62,797 nucleotides of DNA, filler included, from Rhabdomonas costata (GCA_019059605.1; 40 parts of 40 records of this genome joined end to end with filler, not necessarily neighbours in it); one strand, 5' to 3'; shown: positions 10,640-22,670, counted from the first letter of the whole stretch. The notes: generated by a model not told the origin, from the letters alone. A program made the numbers and translations.

Positions 10640-13590
10640 GTCAATCACGAGTGCAACGCTGACGTGGGATCAAGGCCGCTGGGGAGGGGATGTATATTGG
10701 GAAGCTCACCACAACCCATCTTCCCACAGTACAGACAACGGGAACAAGGCTGCTTGTGAGAAAAGCACCATCGCATCGACGTTAAGACTTTTTCTCGTAA
10801 AAAAAAAGTGATCGTGCGTGAGAATTCACAAATTCTCGGAAAAATGAGAAACATATGCTGGAACTTTCCATCTTCGCTGGAACTCTTTAATTTCGATGGA
10901 GACTAAACAACACCNNNNNNNNNNNNNNNNNNNNNNNNNNNNNNNNNNNNNNNNNNNNTTAATTAATTAANNNNNNNNNNNNNNNNNNNNNNNNNNNNNN
11001 NNNNNNNNNNNNNNTTGTGGGGTTGTAATCCGCCATGTGTGTCCGCGGCCCACACTGCGTCATGGCATCCCTTCAGGTACCGCTTATCATTGTGCTGGTG
11101 TGATTTGTCCAAAGGGACTTGGGCCCAGCCATGCCGTGACCAGACAGGCTCCTCTTTGGCTCGTTGTGCCTTTGGATCCCACTTGAGATGGACTGTATCC
11201 CGACATTGCTTGCGCAAGGTGGGCGCTGCCTCGTCTTACCTAGGCGTCCTGGCACCTAGAACGTGGCGGATGTCTCTTCCGTTCGTCCGGGGGTCGCTCT
11301 GATGGTGCTTTTTGCGTGCGTTGCCTTTTTGAAACTGGGTGCCAACCACTTTTCAATTTACCAAGCCGCATTGGCGTAAATCTGGCGACATCTGGTGGAA
11401 CAACTCTGCGGATCATGGGTGGTCAGGATGAACTTGTATCTTTTGGAAGCTAATTTAGGCACAGGTGGTTGGTTCTGGTCTGTGGATGGGTTTCGCTGGG
11501 CCGGTCTCACCGCTTATGCCTTCCCCAATCTCCCACCCAAAAAATGCTGTGGAAGTGGCACGCTACCGCACACACACACACCAGGTCATGTGTTTACCGC
11601 AATAATACGCCCGCCCATTTTACCACCCTCTTACACTCTGCTTGTGCCTCATGTCTACGAGGTTCCCGCCTGCTGTTCCGCTGTGGTTCTGCTGCACATC
11701 CAGGCGAAAAGCAACCAATATTTAAATAAAAAGCGACCTTTTATGTTAAATTTGTTTTGCACTAAGGACTTACGCAATTTACAAAAACATAATCAAGGAC
11801 ATTTCTATGTAATTCTCGTAGTTATTGGCGTTCATGGGCACCAGGGTAGTCAGGACGAATTTTTGAAATCTTCCTGACATGTGAAAACTCGGGAAAAAGG
11901 TGAGTATGCAACCTTCTTCATCAGGAACCATGGAACACAGCATGATTTCCAATTCGGTCTGGTCGTGTGCTGACCACATCCTTTCAAGTGACTTCCATCA
12001 CTTTGCCTGGATCTATTCCTCGCCCGTGGTCTTCCCCACTGTCTCTCTTCTGGCATTCCCTCTCACCTGACCATGCTCTGCTTGTCTTTTTGACAAGCTG
12101 GTTGATATATAGCCTGACACATGGCCTGTCCAGGAGCTTGCTCACGAGTGGCTGCGCTTCAACTTCTGTATCATCTGAATCTTGACAATAAGGCACTCTG
12201 GAAGCCTCTGGAAAATGCCTGTGTCAAACGCACGTGACTTCTCTACTCTGTCTCTGGATGTGGAACACCTAGGTGGTCTGGACCGTTACACTCTCCCCTG
12301 CTATGACGGAGGACGTCTCTACCATAAAGCCGACGTACGATAACACGAACGGTCCACCTTAAAACTTTGAAAGCACCTTTTTACTCTGTAGATGTGGAAT
12401 CTTCAATACACCCGTGAATATGGTATGTGTCTGTATAACAGAGGTTTAGGGTCTGGTCTGCTCTGGGGAAAATCGCTGTGAATGTGGANNNNNNNNNNNN
12501 NNNNNNNNNNNNNNNNNNNNNNNNNNNNNNNNTTAATTAATTAANNNNNNNNNNNNNNNNNNNNNNNNNNNNNNNNNNNNNNNNNNNNGGGGTTGGTGCA
12601 GGAAGGCCAGGAACCCGAGGCCTGGTACCCGATGGGGGAAACCATGTCGTAGCCAGGCAAGGGGCCAAGCAACCAGTGCCACAGTGATGATCTGAAGTGT
12701 CACGGCCGTCCATGGCTGACCGGCTCTCCGGTTCCGCCGCTGACCTCCAGCAGCGTGCTTCTCCTCAAAGACAGGATCAACTCATCGGAAGGGCAGTCAA
12801 AAGACGACGCTGGCGATATAATTGAAGAGGAAGGGCATTCCAATCAGATCACCATGACTCAGACCAAGATATTGTCGACCCAGGGTGGGAGCACCTAGCG
12901 GCGGACTTATACCACGAAGGAATCCTGGTACCCTCAGTTCCGGCAGAAGTACGAGTCCTTCAAGGCCGCTCGGGGTAAACATCGATACGAGATCTGATCT
13001 GTTCGTGCTGGTCCAAGGAGGAGAGCCGCTTGGTCTACATTGCCAGCGGGCTGCGATCTCTCCAACTGCAGCTGCGCTTGAAAGTGCAGATCAATCACGC
13101 GGACAGTGACGACAAGGAAGATCAAGAAGAGCCGTCCATCCCTAGACCTCCTACTCAGAACGGTCGGCAACGCGGGAAGGCGGGCATTCACAAAGAACGC
13201 GTAGCTGATGAATGTGGTGGACCGGACGAAGATGTACTGCGGTGTGGGGGACAGCAATCGCTGGGGGTGACAACTGGAGCGAGAGCAGCGAAAACAAGAG
13301 CGAGAATAGCAAGCAACCCACCCCGGGTGTCGCGGGGGACTCCTCCGCTTCGCCCGTCCCCTTTCTCACCAGCGATGACCCAGGACCAACCCCAAGGCTC
13401 GAAAATCCGTGGCACCACGAGCATTCCCACCTTGGGATCAACACGTCAAACCCCCCCCCCAACCGAGATGCAGGACGGGCTGCGCGACATCGCCTCAGTA
13501 GAGGTTCTTCCACTTCTGCGGGAACAAGCTCCCACGAGCAGCCCACACCAACGCCCACCACACCACCACCGAGCTCTGCGGAAGAATAGC

Positions 13591-13850
13591 TTTTACATTA
13601 TCTACCACAACTACGTCAACTGCGGCTGTTTGGTTCTGTGACAAATCAATGGCATGCCCATGGGAATGCCCATGAGAGTGCTAGTGCATATTGCCAACCT
13701 GGCATGCTACCCTGTCGAGAAAGCGCAGACATACAGTCTAGTGAGAGGAAGTTCAATTGAGTTTTGCTGCTACATCGACGATATTTACTCGGCAGGCGTG
13801 TCACTTCCATCGCAAGACGCCTACGGCATGGAATTCAATACCATAGCGAA
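13591..13850 (+). mobile_element. Decayed Penelope-like element reverse transcriptase fragment
   Basis: IIYHNYVNCGCLVL*QINGMPMG..HIANLACYPVEK..CYIDDI matches PLE RT motifs B' (Q..G.PMG..ANL..E) and C (YIDD). In-frame TGA at 13639. Confidence 0.8.
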
Positions 13851-14272
13851 GTGGAGATCTGTTGTGTATTTCTTGGTTTGCGTCTATAAGAAGGTTTTGG
13901 AGGGCGGCACAAATGTCCTCACACCACAGTGCATGATTGTGAGGTGTCATACTATCAACACATCGTGCGCTACCCAGACCACGCCACAGTCGCCACACGA
14001 GAACAACTCAGCGGAGTCATTATGTTTCAACTAGTGCACTGCCGTGAGACCTGCATTCATGNNNNNNNNNNNNNNNNNNNNNNNNNNNNNNNNNNNNNNN
14101 NNNNNTTAATTAATTAANNNNNNNNNNNNNNNNNNNNNNNNNNNNNNNNNNNNNNNNNNNNGCCACTCGCCACTTTTTGCGGTTTGCCGGAGCTTGAAAT
14201 TGCCCTGTGCCTGTGTGTCTCTCTCTTCGGATCGTTTGTGTTGCTTCCACACGCCAAACTCACTCACCACAG

Positions 14273-15402
14273 GTTGCTCGGGAGGTGGCCCTGCTGGCCA
14301 CGGAGAAGGGGGTGTGCTCCCTGAAACACTTCATGGCGTACAAGGGCGCGCTGATGCTGACGGATGAGCAGCTGCTGTGCTCTCTGGAGACGGCCAAGGG
14401 CCTGGGCTGTCTGTGTACCGTGCACGCGGAAAACGGAGAGCTGGTGCACTACGCCCAGAAAAAGCTGCTGGTGTGATTCATAATTTGGGCTGAAGCACTC
14501 GCGCACACTGTCCCGAACGCACCGGTGTAGTGGTAGACAGTCTGCGAACACCGTGCCATTGGTGGTGAATCATCTCAGTCATCTCCCAGAATAGTCCTAA
14601 GAATCCTAAATACGTGCGCGGAAAGAAAGCGGACGACGGAGCGTTCTCTTGGCTGGTTTATTCTCATGCTAGAGCATTAGGAGGGCATGCTCATAATCCG
14701 TGGCTGGTGGTCGGTCGTGTGGTGATGCACCGTCAGTGCGTTTTGCCTCAAGTGTGCGGGTGGGGATATTTTGCACAGCCCTGGTGCAAGAATCTGCTTC
14801 ACGTATGTTGAACCCGCGGATGCCGTCCCGGGATGTAACGAAGGTATTCGGTCTGTGCAGCCGGTCGCGTCAATCCCGCCTTATACTTCCCCGTTCTGTT
14901 CACCCCGTGGTGGGTGCAGGCTTCTGGGGTGACCGGGCCGGAGGGGCACCCCTTGTCGCGGCCCGTGGAGGTGGAGGCTGAGGCGGTCACCCGGATGCTC
15001 ACCCTGGCCCACGCCGTGGGCACTCCGGTGTACATCGTGCACTGCAGCTCGGAGGCTGCGCTGCAGGCCCTAGAGAGGGCCCAGGCCTCTGGCTGGAGGG
15101 CGTACGGAGAGGCCCTTGCTAGCCACCTCACCATTGACGACTCCGTGTACTTTCGAGAGCAGGTCCCCAGTGCGGCCCATTTTCTGGGTGGTGGCGTCTC
15201 GTGCTGGGGCCGCATGTGGTCACATGGTCTGCGAGTCCCTTCGCATACATCAGGCCAACGCAAGCACACGCAGGAGTTCACCAGTCTTTGTTTGCGCGTT
15301 TGTGCACCTCTTCAGGGGTCCACCAAGACTTGGGCTGATGCCGCGGCGTTCGTGATGAGCCCCCCGTTTCGGCCCAAGGGGAACTCCGAGGCCCTGTGGA
15401 AG
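14273..15402 (+). CDS. DPYS: Dihydropyrimidinase / D-hydantoinase (partial)
   Basis: Exons 14273-14470, 14920-15162 and 15316-15402: GVCSLKHFMAYKG, VHAENGE, GVTGPEGHPLSRP, PVYIVHCS, YGEAL, AAAFVMSPPFR. Confidence 0.95.
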
Positions 15403-15735
15403 GTGCCTGTCTTCTTCACGGCCGCACTTGCACAGGGAGAATGGTGGTAAGGGTGTCGGGCATGCAGCCTTGGTGAGGTCCGGGATTCGCCTACCGAACA
15501 CATCCTTTTTAGCCTCAGTAACATCAAAACGCTTGAGGTATGTCAAATGCATGCATACCACCCTGGCCTCATGGTATAGCGTTCTCAGGACTTTAATGGG
15601 AAATCCTGAGTTTCGGAATGTAACTTACCAAACANNNNNNNNNNNNNNNNNNNNNNNNNNNNNNNNNNNNNNNNNNNNTTAATTAATTAANNNNNNNNNN
15701 NNNNNNNNNNNNNNNNNNNNNNNNNNNNNNNNNNG

Positions 15736-15782
15736 TTTTTTTGGAAACGTCTTTCCACCTCTCAGTTTTGAGGTGAAACGGG
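15736..15782 (-). repeat. Dispersed repeat, copy 2 (see 8234-8279)
   Basis: Reverse complement CCCGTTTCACCTCAAAACTGAGAGGTGGAAAGACGTTTCCAAAAAA. Confidence 0.85.
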
Positions 15783-16240
15783 CAATATAATAATATTACA
15801 TGTATATTGATGTCCTTCAGGAACCGCATTTTTCGTTCCGTATTTTGCGCTGCTGAAACCGGGATATTAGAGGGGCCTTGGTGACGTGGAAATCGCAAGC
15901 GCTAAAGATCTGAAACCCGAACTAATTGCTTCGCGCTTCAACCCAAGGTGTCAAAGTACATCTGCGCATTTTTGGCCAGTTCCTCAGAGCCTTGGAAAGG
16001 GCCCTTTCACCGCGAGCTATTGCTAAGAGCTATAGACATATCCCAAATACTTCGAGCAAAAACTCAGAATGCCACTCCCAATTCCATACTACTTGCTCAG
16101 GTCCTTCTTTACCAGCCACACCCTGCCCAGCGCTACACCACCGGTCCTCACCACCCCTGCAGACCAAGACAGGTCGTGAGGTCAAGGAATGGAGGTGTGC
16201 GTGTGTGTGAGTGGGCGGGATGCGCGCTTCTTCCGCCCCC

Positions 16241-16671
16241 TTACCGGGGTGGAGGCTTGCCGCCCCCCTGGTTGGTGTGCCGGGTGACGTCCGTGCTGCG
16301 CAGGCCATAGTAGTGCTCCCCTTGTTGGCCCAGTCGGACCATTCGCGGCGGGCCCCCAGGCCCCACAGTAGACACCAGAGAGGGGGTCTCCACGGGCTTC
16401 GCGGCGAACCTATACCCAAAGGGAGGAACACAAATGACCACACTCCTCTCAAAAGAAGCGGTACTGCCACTACTCAAACCCACTCACCCACACGTCACCA
16501 GCCGATCTCCTGGGAGGCGGTGACAGGATGCTCGAACTTCTGGCTGGGGTCCATGGCGGGGCGGGAGTGCTTCGTGCGGTCCTCCCGAAGGGTCCGCGCA
16601 CAGGTATATTCCGACGCCATCGCCGCTCCGTCCATGAACGTCGGCCGAGAGCCATGGATCAGCAGATTCAC
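16241..16671 (-). CDS. Ciliary microtubule-inner-protein-like C-terminus (SPMIP1/FAM183/C20orf85-type motif)
   Basis: Exons 16671-16499 and 16409-16241: PSQKFEHPVTASQEIGW|F..HYYGLRSTDVTR..PPPR*. Confidence 0.6.
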
Positions 16672-17447
16672 CTATGTGTGAGTGCGCCTGTAGAGAGCAC
16701 AGCTGCTGATAGGGGAGGTCTCGTCTCTGTGGGCCTCCGCGTGCGTGTGGTTTGTATCACTGATACACTGATACGATGGACTGAGTGAACACATTGTACC
16801 CCAGAAAACGGTGCCTGCCCTGGCATTGCAATGGCGTGAAAAAGCCCCGCGAAAGAGAACATCAGCAAACGAAACAGTCAACGACAAATTCATGAAAAAG
16901 GTTCAGAAAGGATTTAGGTGTATTCCCCTCCCCTCTGGCAGCCGCATACGGTGGTGAGGAGGATGACATGGAATGCTCGTTAGTTTGGGTAGAGAAATAG
17001 AAGGATGCGACTCGTCTCCAATTAGCTCTAAAAAGCTTTGAAAAAAGAAAACAACGGGAAATCACCCGAGCTGGATCTGCAACTTGTACCTAGACGCTGT
17101 TTTTGCGAAGCGGTGGACACGACACACGACATGTCCACAGTCGGTGAATCCTAGAGCCTGCCCCTCTCCTCCCTCTCAGGCTCTCACAGATTGTTCCCAC
17201 CCCAACCNNNNNNNNNNNNNNNNNNNNNNNNNNNNNNNNNNNNNNNNNNNNTTAATTAATTAANNNNNNNNNNNNNNNNNNNNNNNNNNNNNNNNNNNNN
17301 NNNNNNNTCCAGACCGCACCCAGAGTAAGGACAATGAGCGGCATTCTGAGGCTTCGTCAGAAGCACACCAGGGTGCTGAATTTGCTGAATGCTTATCTGC
17401 AGAGATAAAGAAAAGAGCTATCCCTTTTGGAAAACACCAATCATGAA

Positions 17448-17526
17448 TCTGGATGTGGGTGAGCTTTCGGGCTCACCCACATCCAGAGAGATGTGGGTGA
17501 GCCCACATCTCGAGCTTTCGGACTCC
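17448..17526. repeat. Cluster of tandem hairpins
   Basis: TCTGGATGTGGGTGAGC-TTTCGG-GCTCACCCACATCCAGA (17-bp perfect stem), then GAGATGTGGG-TGAG-CCCACATCTC (10-bp stem). Confidence 0.9.
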
Positions 17527-17985
17527 CGCCTTGTGGTGCCGCATTATCTCTCTTGAGTGTATGAAGCCCTTTCCGCTTTCGATTTTTTTTTCTGCCCGAG
17601 TTGTATTCTCACTGCGCGTGTTTTCGCTCCTGGCTGTCTCTCTGCGTGTCTCTGCGTGATGACTTGCTCTCTGTAATTGCTCCTCCTTGTATGAGCTGTT
17701 TTTGCGTTACAGGGTTCGCGTCCGTCTGTGGCTCAAGCTGTTTTCAGAGCCACAAAAATGGTTTTCACACATGTGTTGAGTTTGTGTATTTTTGCCCTAC
17801 GTAACTGCACGAGATGCGCCTGTTGACTTTGTTTCGTGGTGACCCATCGCATAAATGAACGGTTCCCGTTTCTGCTTGCCCCGGAATATTCTTCATAAAA
17901 AAAACTCCTTTTAGAGCACAACTGCAATAAAAGAACCAGGAAAGCTAAAAAAAGGGATACAGCGACGCCCATGTGCGATCCAAAC

Positions 17986-18588
17986 CTCAGTGGACCCCAC
18001 AAACAGGTAATTGGCATGGTTCATGCTAGCAACCACTTGGCTCAGATGTTCAGCCTTCAGCTCCTCCACATTGGCCTTGTACACCAGCCCCAGCTGGGAT
18101 ATGTTCAGATAACTGAACCCTCCCACCACAGGCTGAGCGGTGTAGTCCATCCCCGAGAAGTCTCCGGACTGCCCCGAAAGGGCTTTCCCCAGCGGTGAGC
18201 TCGGGTCTGTGGCCACAACGCAGCCCGTGGTGCCATGGCACTGGCTGGGATACCTCAGGGTCGACACAACACTGGGTGTGCCGCTAACTTTGGACGCGAG
18301 CAGCACTTCGTGGCCCGCAGGTAGGCCGGCCTGGTTCAGGTTGTTGACCACCTGCAAGGCTTCCGCACTCAGCCCCATTCCATACATTTGATCCACGAAG
18401 AAACCTACCACGGCTGTCATGAGCTTCACCTGGTCCGTGGTGACTCGGTCGTGTAGGTAGTCCACAAACAGCCCGGTGGCCTGAAGGTCGCTTAGCATGG
18501 TGTTCATGGTCGTCTCCATCACTAAAACGTAACCCATCTCGTCAATGGCTTCCAGCAATACATCCGCAGTGGCTTTGTTCCTTTCAAT
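17986..18588 (-). CDS. Receptor exon with a Cache-like extracellular sensory repeat
   Basis: 603-nt phase-0 exon (tag|ATTG..GAG|gtttgg). ALSGQSGDFSGMDYTAQPVVGGFSYL..LGLVYK resembles the Cache motif G....DY.G.PV..Y..GLV.K. Confidence 0.7.
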
Positions 18589-19000
18589 CTAAACCAAAAT
18601 GAAAAGAACAAAAAAGGCACCCGCTTGAAAGCAGAAAAGGGGGGCTGCCATCGACAGCAACTGTGGAATCAAACCTTGCCCACACTTGCGGCAACCTCGA
18701 GAGAAACCATCCACTTTAAACAGGGAGAATAAGCCATCACCACGCAAATTGCAAAATCCCAGCAGATGAAAACAAACAAANNNNNNNNNNNNNNNNNNNN
18801 NNNNNNNNNNNNNNNNNNNNNNNNTTAATTAATTAANNNNNNNNNNNNNNNNNNNNNNNNNNNNNNNNNNNNNNNNNNNNGGTTTGTTGAATTCGGTTCC
18901 AATGCTTGTATTGGTTACATGGACCGAGTCCCTGTAATGGTAATGAGGGAATAAGCCGACTCTGCACTTTGGTTTATGAATGATGGTTTGCGTCTCGCAG

Positions 19001-19858
19001 GGCACGGGCTGTGCGACAGCGCCGCGCAGTGTCACTGCTTCAGCAACGCCACTGCGGGATTCTGGACGGGCTCGGCGTGCGACCACTGTTCCGTGGGCTA
19101 CGCTGGGTCCTCCTGCCGCGACCCCTGCGTGCGCTACGCCACCTGCCTCAGCAGCACTGCAAGCCAGGCATGGGATTCTTATTCTTTGCCCTTCCCCCCT
19201 CCTGGTTGCAAAAATTACATTGCCAGTGTTGAGGACCTGGTGTTGAGGGCACCCGGGCTGGTCCCAACTTTTTCTCTACAGAGCGACCCATGCTTCTCGC
19301 TGGCCACGGCTGCGGCCTGCTCGGCATCCACTCTGTCCGGGCTGGGTGGACTAGGCTGCGGGTGGGACTCCACCAACCTGTGCTGCCTCAGCACCCTCTA
19401 CGGAGCAGACTGCGGTGCTCGCGCCATCCACCCATCCCTCCACATCCACATCCACAACCCTTTCTCGCTCCCTCCCATTCCCTATCTCTCTGTTTTTCTC
19501 TCTCTCCCGAAGAAATGGGAACCCTGTCTGGATTCTTTACAGCGCCGCCTGGGTTTTTACAGGAGGGCAAGTGTTTCCAGGCAGGGGAGTTTGTGTATGC
19601 TGAGTTAGCCTGTCCGTTCGTTTGTTTTTGTGCGGGTTTGCGAGGATGGCAAAGGCAACCAGTCCCCTCTTGAAGACGGACCTGACTCATCCACTTTTTT
19701 CCCTCCGCCCTTCTGCCCTTCAGGCTATGGGCTGCAGTGCGTGTGCCAAGACAGCTGGTTTGGGCCGTACTGCTCCCAGGAGTGCCCCTACACCCTTACT
19801 GCCGCCGGGGCAAAGTCCTACTGCAATGGCCAGGGTACATGCCAAGACGGAGCCTCAG
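19001..19858 (+). CDS. Laminin/tenascin-type EGF-like cysteine-rich protein (partial)
   Basis: Exons 19001-19167, 19282-19414 and 19724-19858: HGLC..CHC..GFWTGSACDHCSVGYAGSSC, CVCQDSWFGPYCSQEC..CNGQGTC. Confidence 0.85.
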
Positions 19859-20956
19859 GTCACACATCCTGCACACATCCAGCACACAGATCGTGCGCAA
19901 TTGGATGGGTTGAGTGGTAGGTGAACTTCCCCTGTCCGCATGCAGGTGCCACCTCGCAGTTAATACAATGGTACTGCGGTGTCGCTGTGAAGCCACGTCT
20001 TGCACGAATGGAAACGCAGTGATATCGATATGCCTTAAGGCGTTGCCAGGTGACCCCGACTAGGTTCATGTTAGTGCGGGATGCTTGAATACAATCGTCT
20101 TTTTCAATAACGACGAAAAGATTCACAAGAAAGGTCAAAGGTCGTATTTGCTTTTCGGCAGCATATGAGAGCAGCATTGCACAAACTTGCCTCTACTAGA
20201 AATACATAAAAGGGTCTTTCTTTCAGTTTTACCGTTGACTTTTAAGGTGCGCGTGAATTGTGATGCATGCAGTGGTGTTTGCGTTTGGGGTAAATCTGGA
20301 GAGCTAGTGATCTCAGTGTACCCACGAGCATGTACCTTTGGCACCCCACCAACNNNNNNNNNNNNNNNNNNNNNNNNNNNNNNNNNNNNNNNNNNNNTTA
20401 ATTAATTAANNNNNNNNNNNNNNNNNNNNNNNNNNNNNNNNNNNNNNNNNNNNTGTGGTGGGTGTAAGGGTCATCTGCTCGTGGCTCTTCCCTGCGATGC
20501 CCGTATGCCGAGGAAAAGGCCCTGCCCGGGACTACCTCTAGCAGAGTGTCGTCTCAGTCGGAAACGCGCTCCCGCTTCTAAGGCACATCCAATGCATGCA
20601 GGCCTCAGGGATCCCCAGATTCCTCATCTCATTCCCTTTACTTCTCGTATTTCTTACGTAAACTTTCGTAAACTTTATATTTTTGGATTTTTCCATTTTC
20701 AAATGTTTTTTTTTCGTATTTTCGTACTTCCGGCATCACTCAGGGATTTTTCGTTTTTTTTTGGCGCCACTCCACGGCGTACATCCGCAATGCCATCAGA
20801 AGCTGTCAAAACAAGTGCTGGGTTATCAGACCTTGTGGAGACCTTTTTCTAACCGCGGGTCACCAAGAGGGAAGGGTTTGCAGTTATTTTTGATTTTCCC
20901 TGCACAACACCCACAAACGTTCAGCGCCACACATACACATTATGACTGTGCCCAAC

Positions 20957-21448
20957 CTGCACGTCCAAGGAGGTGGACGAGAACGAGGTCCAAACAAAGG
21001 CCTTCCCCGGCTGGTAGTCCTCCGGGCGGATCGCGATGCTGATTCCCCGGAACACGATCCCTTTCACCGGGGGCAGCCTGTCAAAGGCCGCCGCCATCAC
21101 TCGCATCACCTCCCCGTAAGCCCTGAGCTCCGCGGTGGAGGCCACCCGCCCGTCGGCCATGCCCCGCATCATCTTGTTCACCACGGCGTACAGCTGCCAC
21201 CCGTAGGAGTCATCCGCGGCGGGGAGTAGGATGAAGTTCTGCAGGTCTGCAGCGATGTGGGCGGCGTCAGAGTCGCCCCCGAAGAGAACAGGAAGCTCCC
21301 CAGTGTCGGCGGAAAGGAACCGCACCCCGTCCACGTCTGACTCCCGGAGAAGGTCCAGAGCGGCGGGGGCAATCCGGGGAAGGGCGGTGGAGCGACGCTC
21401 CTGGAGGTTTCCCAGTTCCTCAACAAGGGCCGCGGAGGAGGATGCACC
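20957..21448 (-). CDS. ARTC (R-S-E clade) mono-ADP-ribosyltransferase domain exon
   Basis: Phase-0 exon: LYAVVNKMMR..AFDRLPP..VFRG..YQPGKAFVWTSFSSTS contains the R and STS motifs. The E-x-E motif would be in a downstream exon that was not identified. Confidence 0.85.
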
Positions 21449-21470
21449 CTGAGGTATCAATTGTAAAAAA

Positions 21471-21740
21471 CATCTCATCTCATCTCATCTCATCTCATCT
21501 CATCTCATCTCATCTCATCTCATCTCATCTCATCTCATCTCATCTCATCTCATCTCATCTCATCTCATCTCATCTCATCTCATCTCATCTCATCTCTTCT
21601 CATCTCATCTCATCTCATCTCATCTCATCTCATCTCATCTCATCTCATCTCATCTCATCTCATCTCATCTCATCTCATCTCATCTCATCTCATCTCATCT
21701 CAACCCGTCTCATCGCATCGCATCGTATCGCATCGCATCT
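21471..21740. repeat. (CATCT)n pentanucleotide microsatellite, about 46 units, decaying into CATCG
   Basis: Read directly from the sequence; one CTTCT variant near 21596. Confidence 0.99.
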
Positions 21741-22437
21741 CACCTGACTTGATCCCATTCCATTCTGACGCTTAAGAGCAACTCACTTGGTGAATTTTCA
21801 CAAAAAAAAAATCGAAAAATTTGAAGAATTTTGAAAATAAATTCTTTTTTCCTAAAGCTATGGATATTTTTGAGATTCGTTGGATCTTGGTTAGCAGCGG
21901 TTCTGGCGGAGCGGTTGTTAACCCCCCCNNNNNNNNNNNNNNNNNNNNNNNNNNNNNNNNNNNNNNNNNNNNTTAATTAATTAANNNNNNNNNNNNNNNN
22001 NNNNNNNNNNNNNNNNNNNNNNNNNNNNGGTGTTTTTTCTCATGTAGAACAGTGGTCTTGATTAGTTTTGTGCCGTCTTCCCTCTTTCTTCATCTTTATA
22101 GCTCTTTGTCGTCCTCATCCGTAAGTTTGTACACCCATTTATCCTCAGTTGTGCTCAGGCGTGCTACATCACCAGTGCTTTGAGTGGCAAAAAGAAGAAA
22201 CCCTCCTCAATGGTCAAACCCCTCAACACATACACAAGACCCCCCTTTGTCGTCCACGGCCAATCGGAGTGGAACTCGAACTCGGGTATGTGGTCGCTTT
22301 GGGGGGGGGATCCGTGCATTCTTTTGGGTTTGCTCTTTGGTAGCCGTTAAATTTTGCGGTGCGATTGGTTTTTCAGTTTTCTTTCTTCTTTTTTTTTTTT
22401 GCATGTGGAGGGAGGATGGATGGTGGGTGGGGTTCAG

Positions 22438-22670
22438 GTAAAGGTGGTTCCCTCTCTTAAACCGTTTGGAATGCGGATGGGCACTCTCCGGGACATTATG
22501 AATGCTTTCTGGCCGCTGTTCGGGGGAGTGTCGAGCAACGCCATCCCTGAGGTTCGTTTCCCTGACTTCTCCCCGTTCCCTTTCATGCCTCTCTCTTCTC
22601 TCTCTTCTTCCCTGCATGTATCTCACGATAGCAAGTGGTATTTCATTGCCAAGAGCTTCTAGCAGCAAAG
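22438..22670 (+). CDS. Possible exons of a hypothetical protein
   Basis: cag|VKVVPSLKPFGMRMGTLRDIMNAFWPLFGGVSSNAIPE|gt, then possibly tag|QVVFHCQELLAAK. No family recognised. Confidence 0.3.

Noticed and set aside
13205..13235. Hammerhead ribozyme core near the PLE RT
   Set aside because: CTGATGA is present but there is no stem II and GAAG replaces GAAA.
21442..21747. ORF-track proteins with SHLIS, TQ/HK/CV repeats, and other long GC-rich antisense ORFs
   Set aside because: They are translations of microsatellites or shadows of real exons on the other strand.
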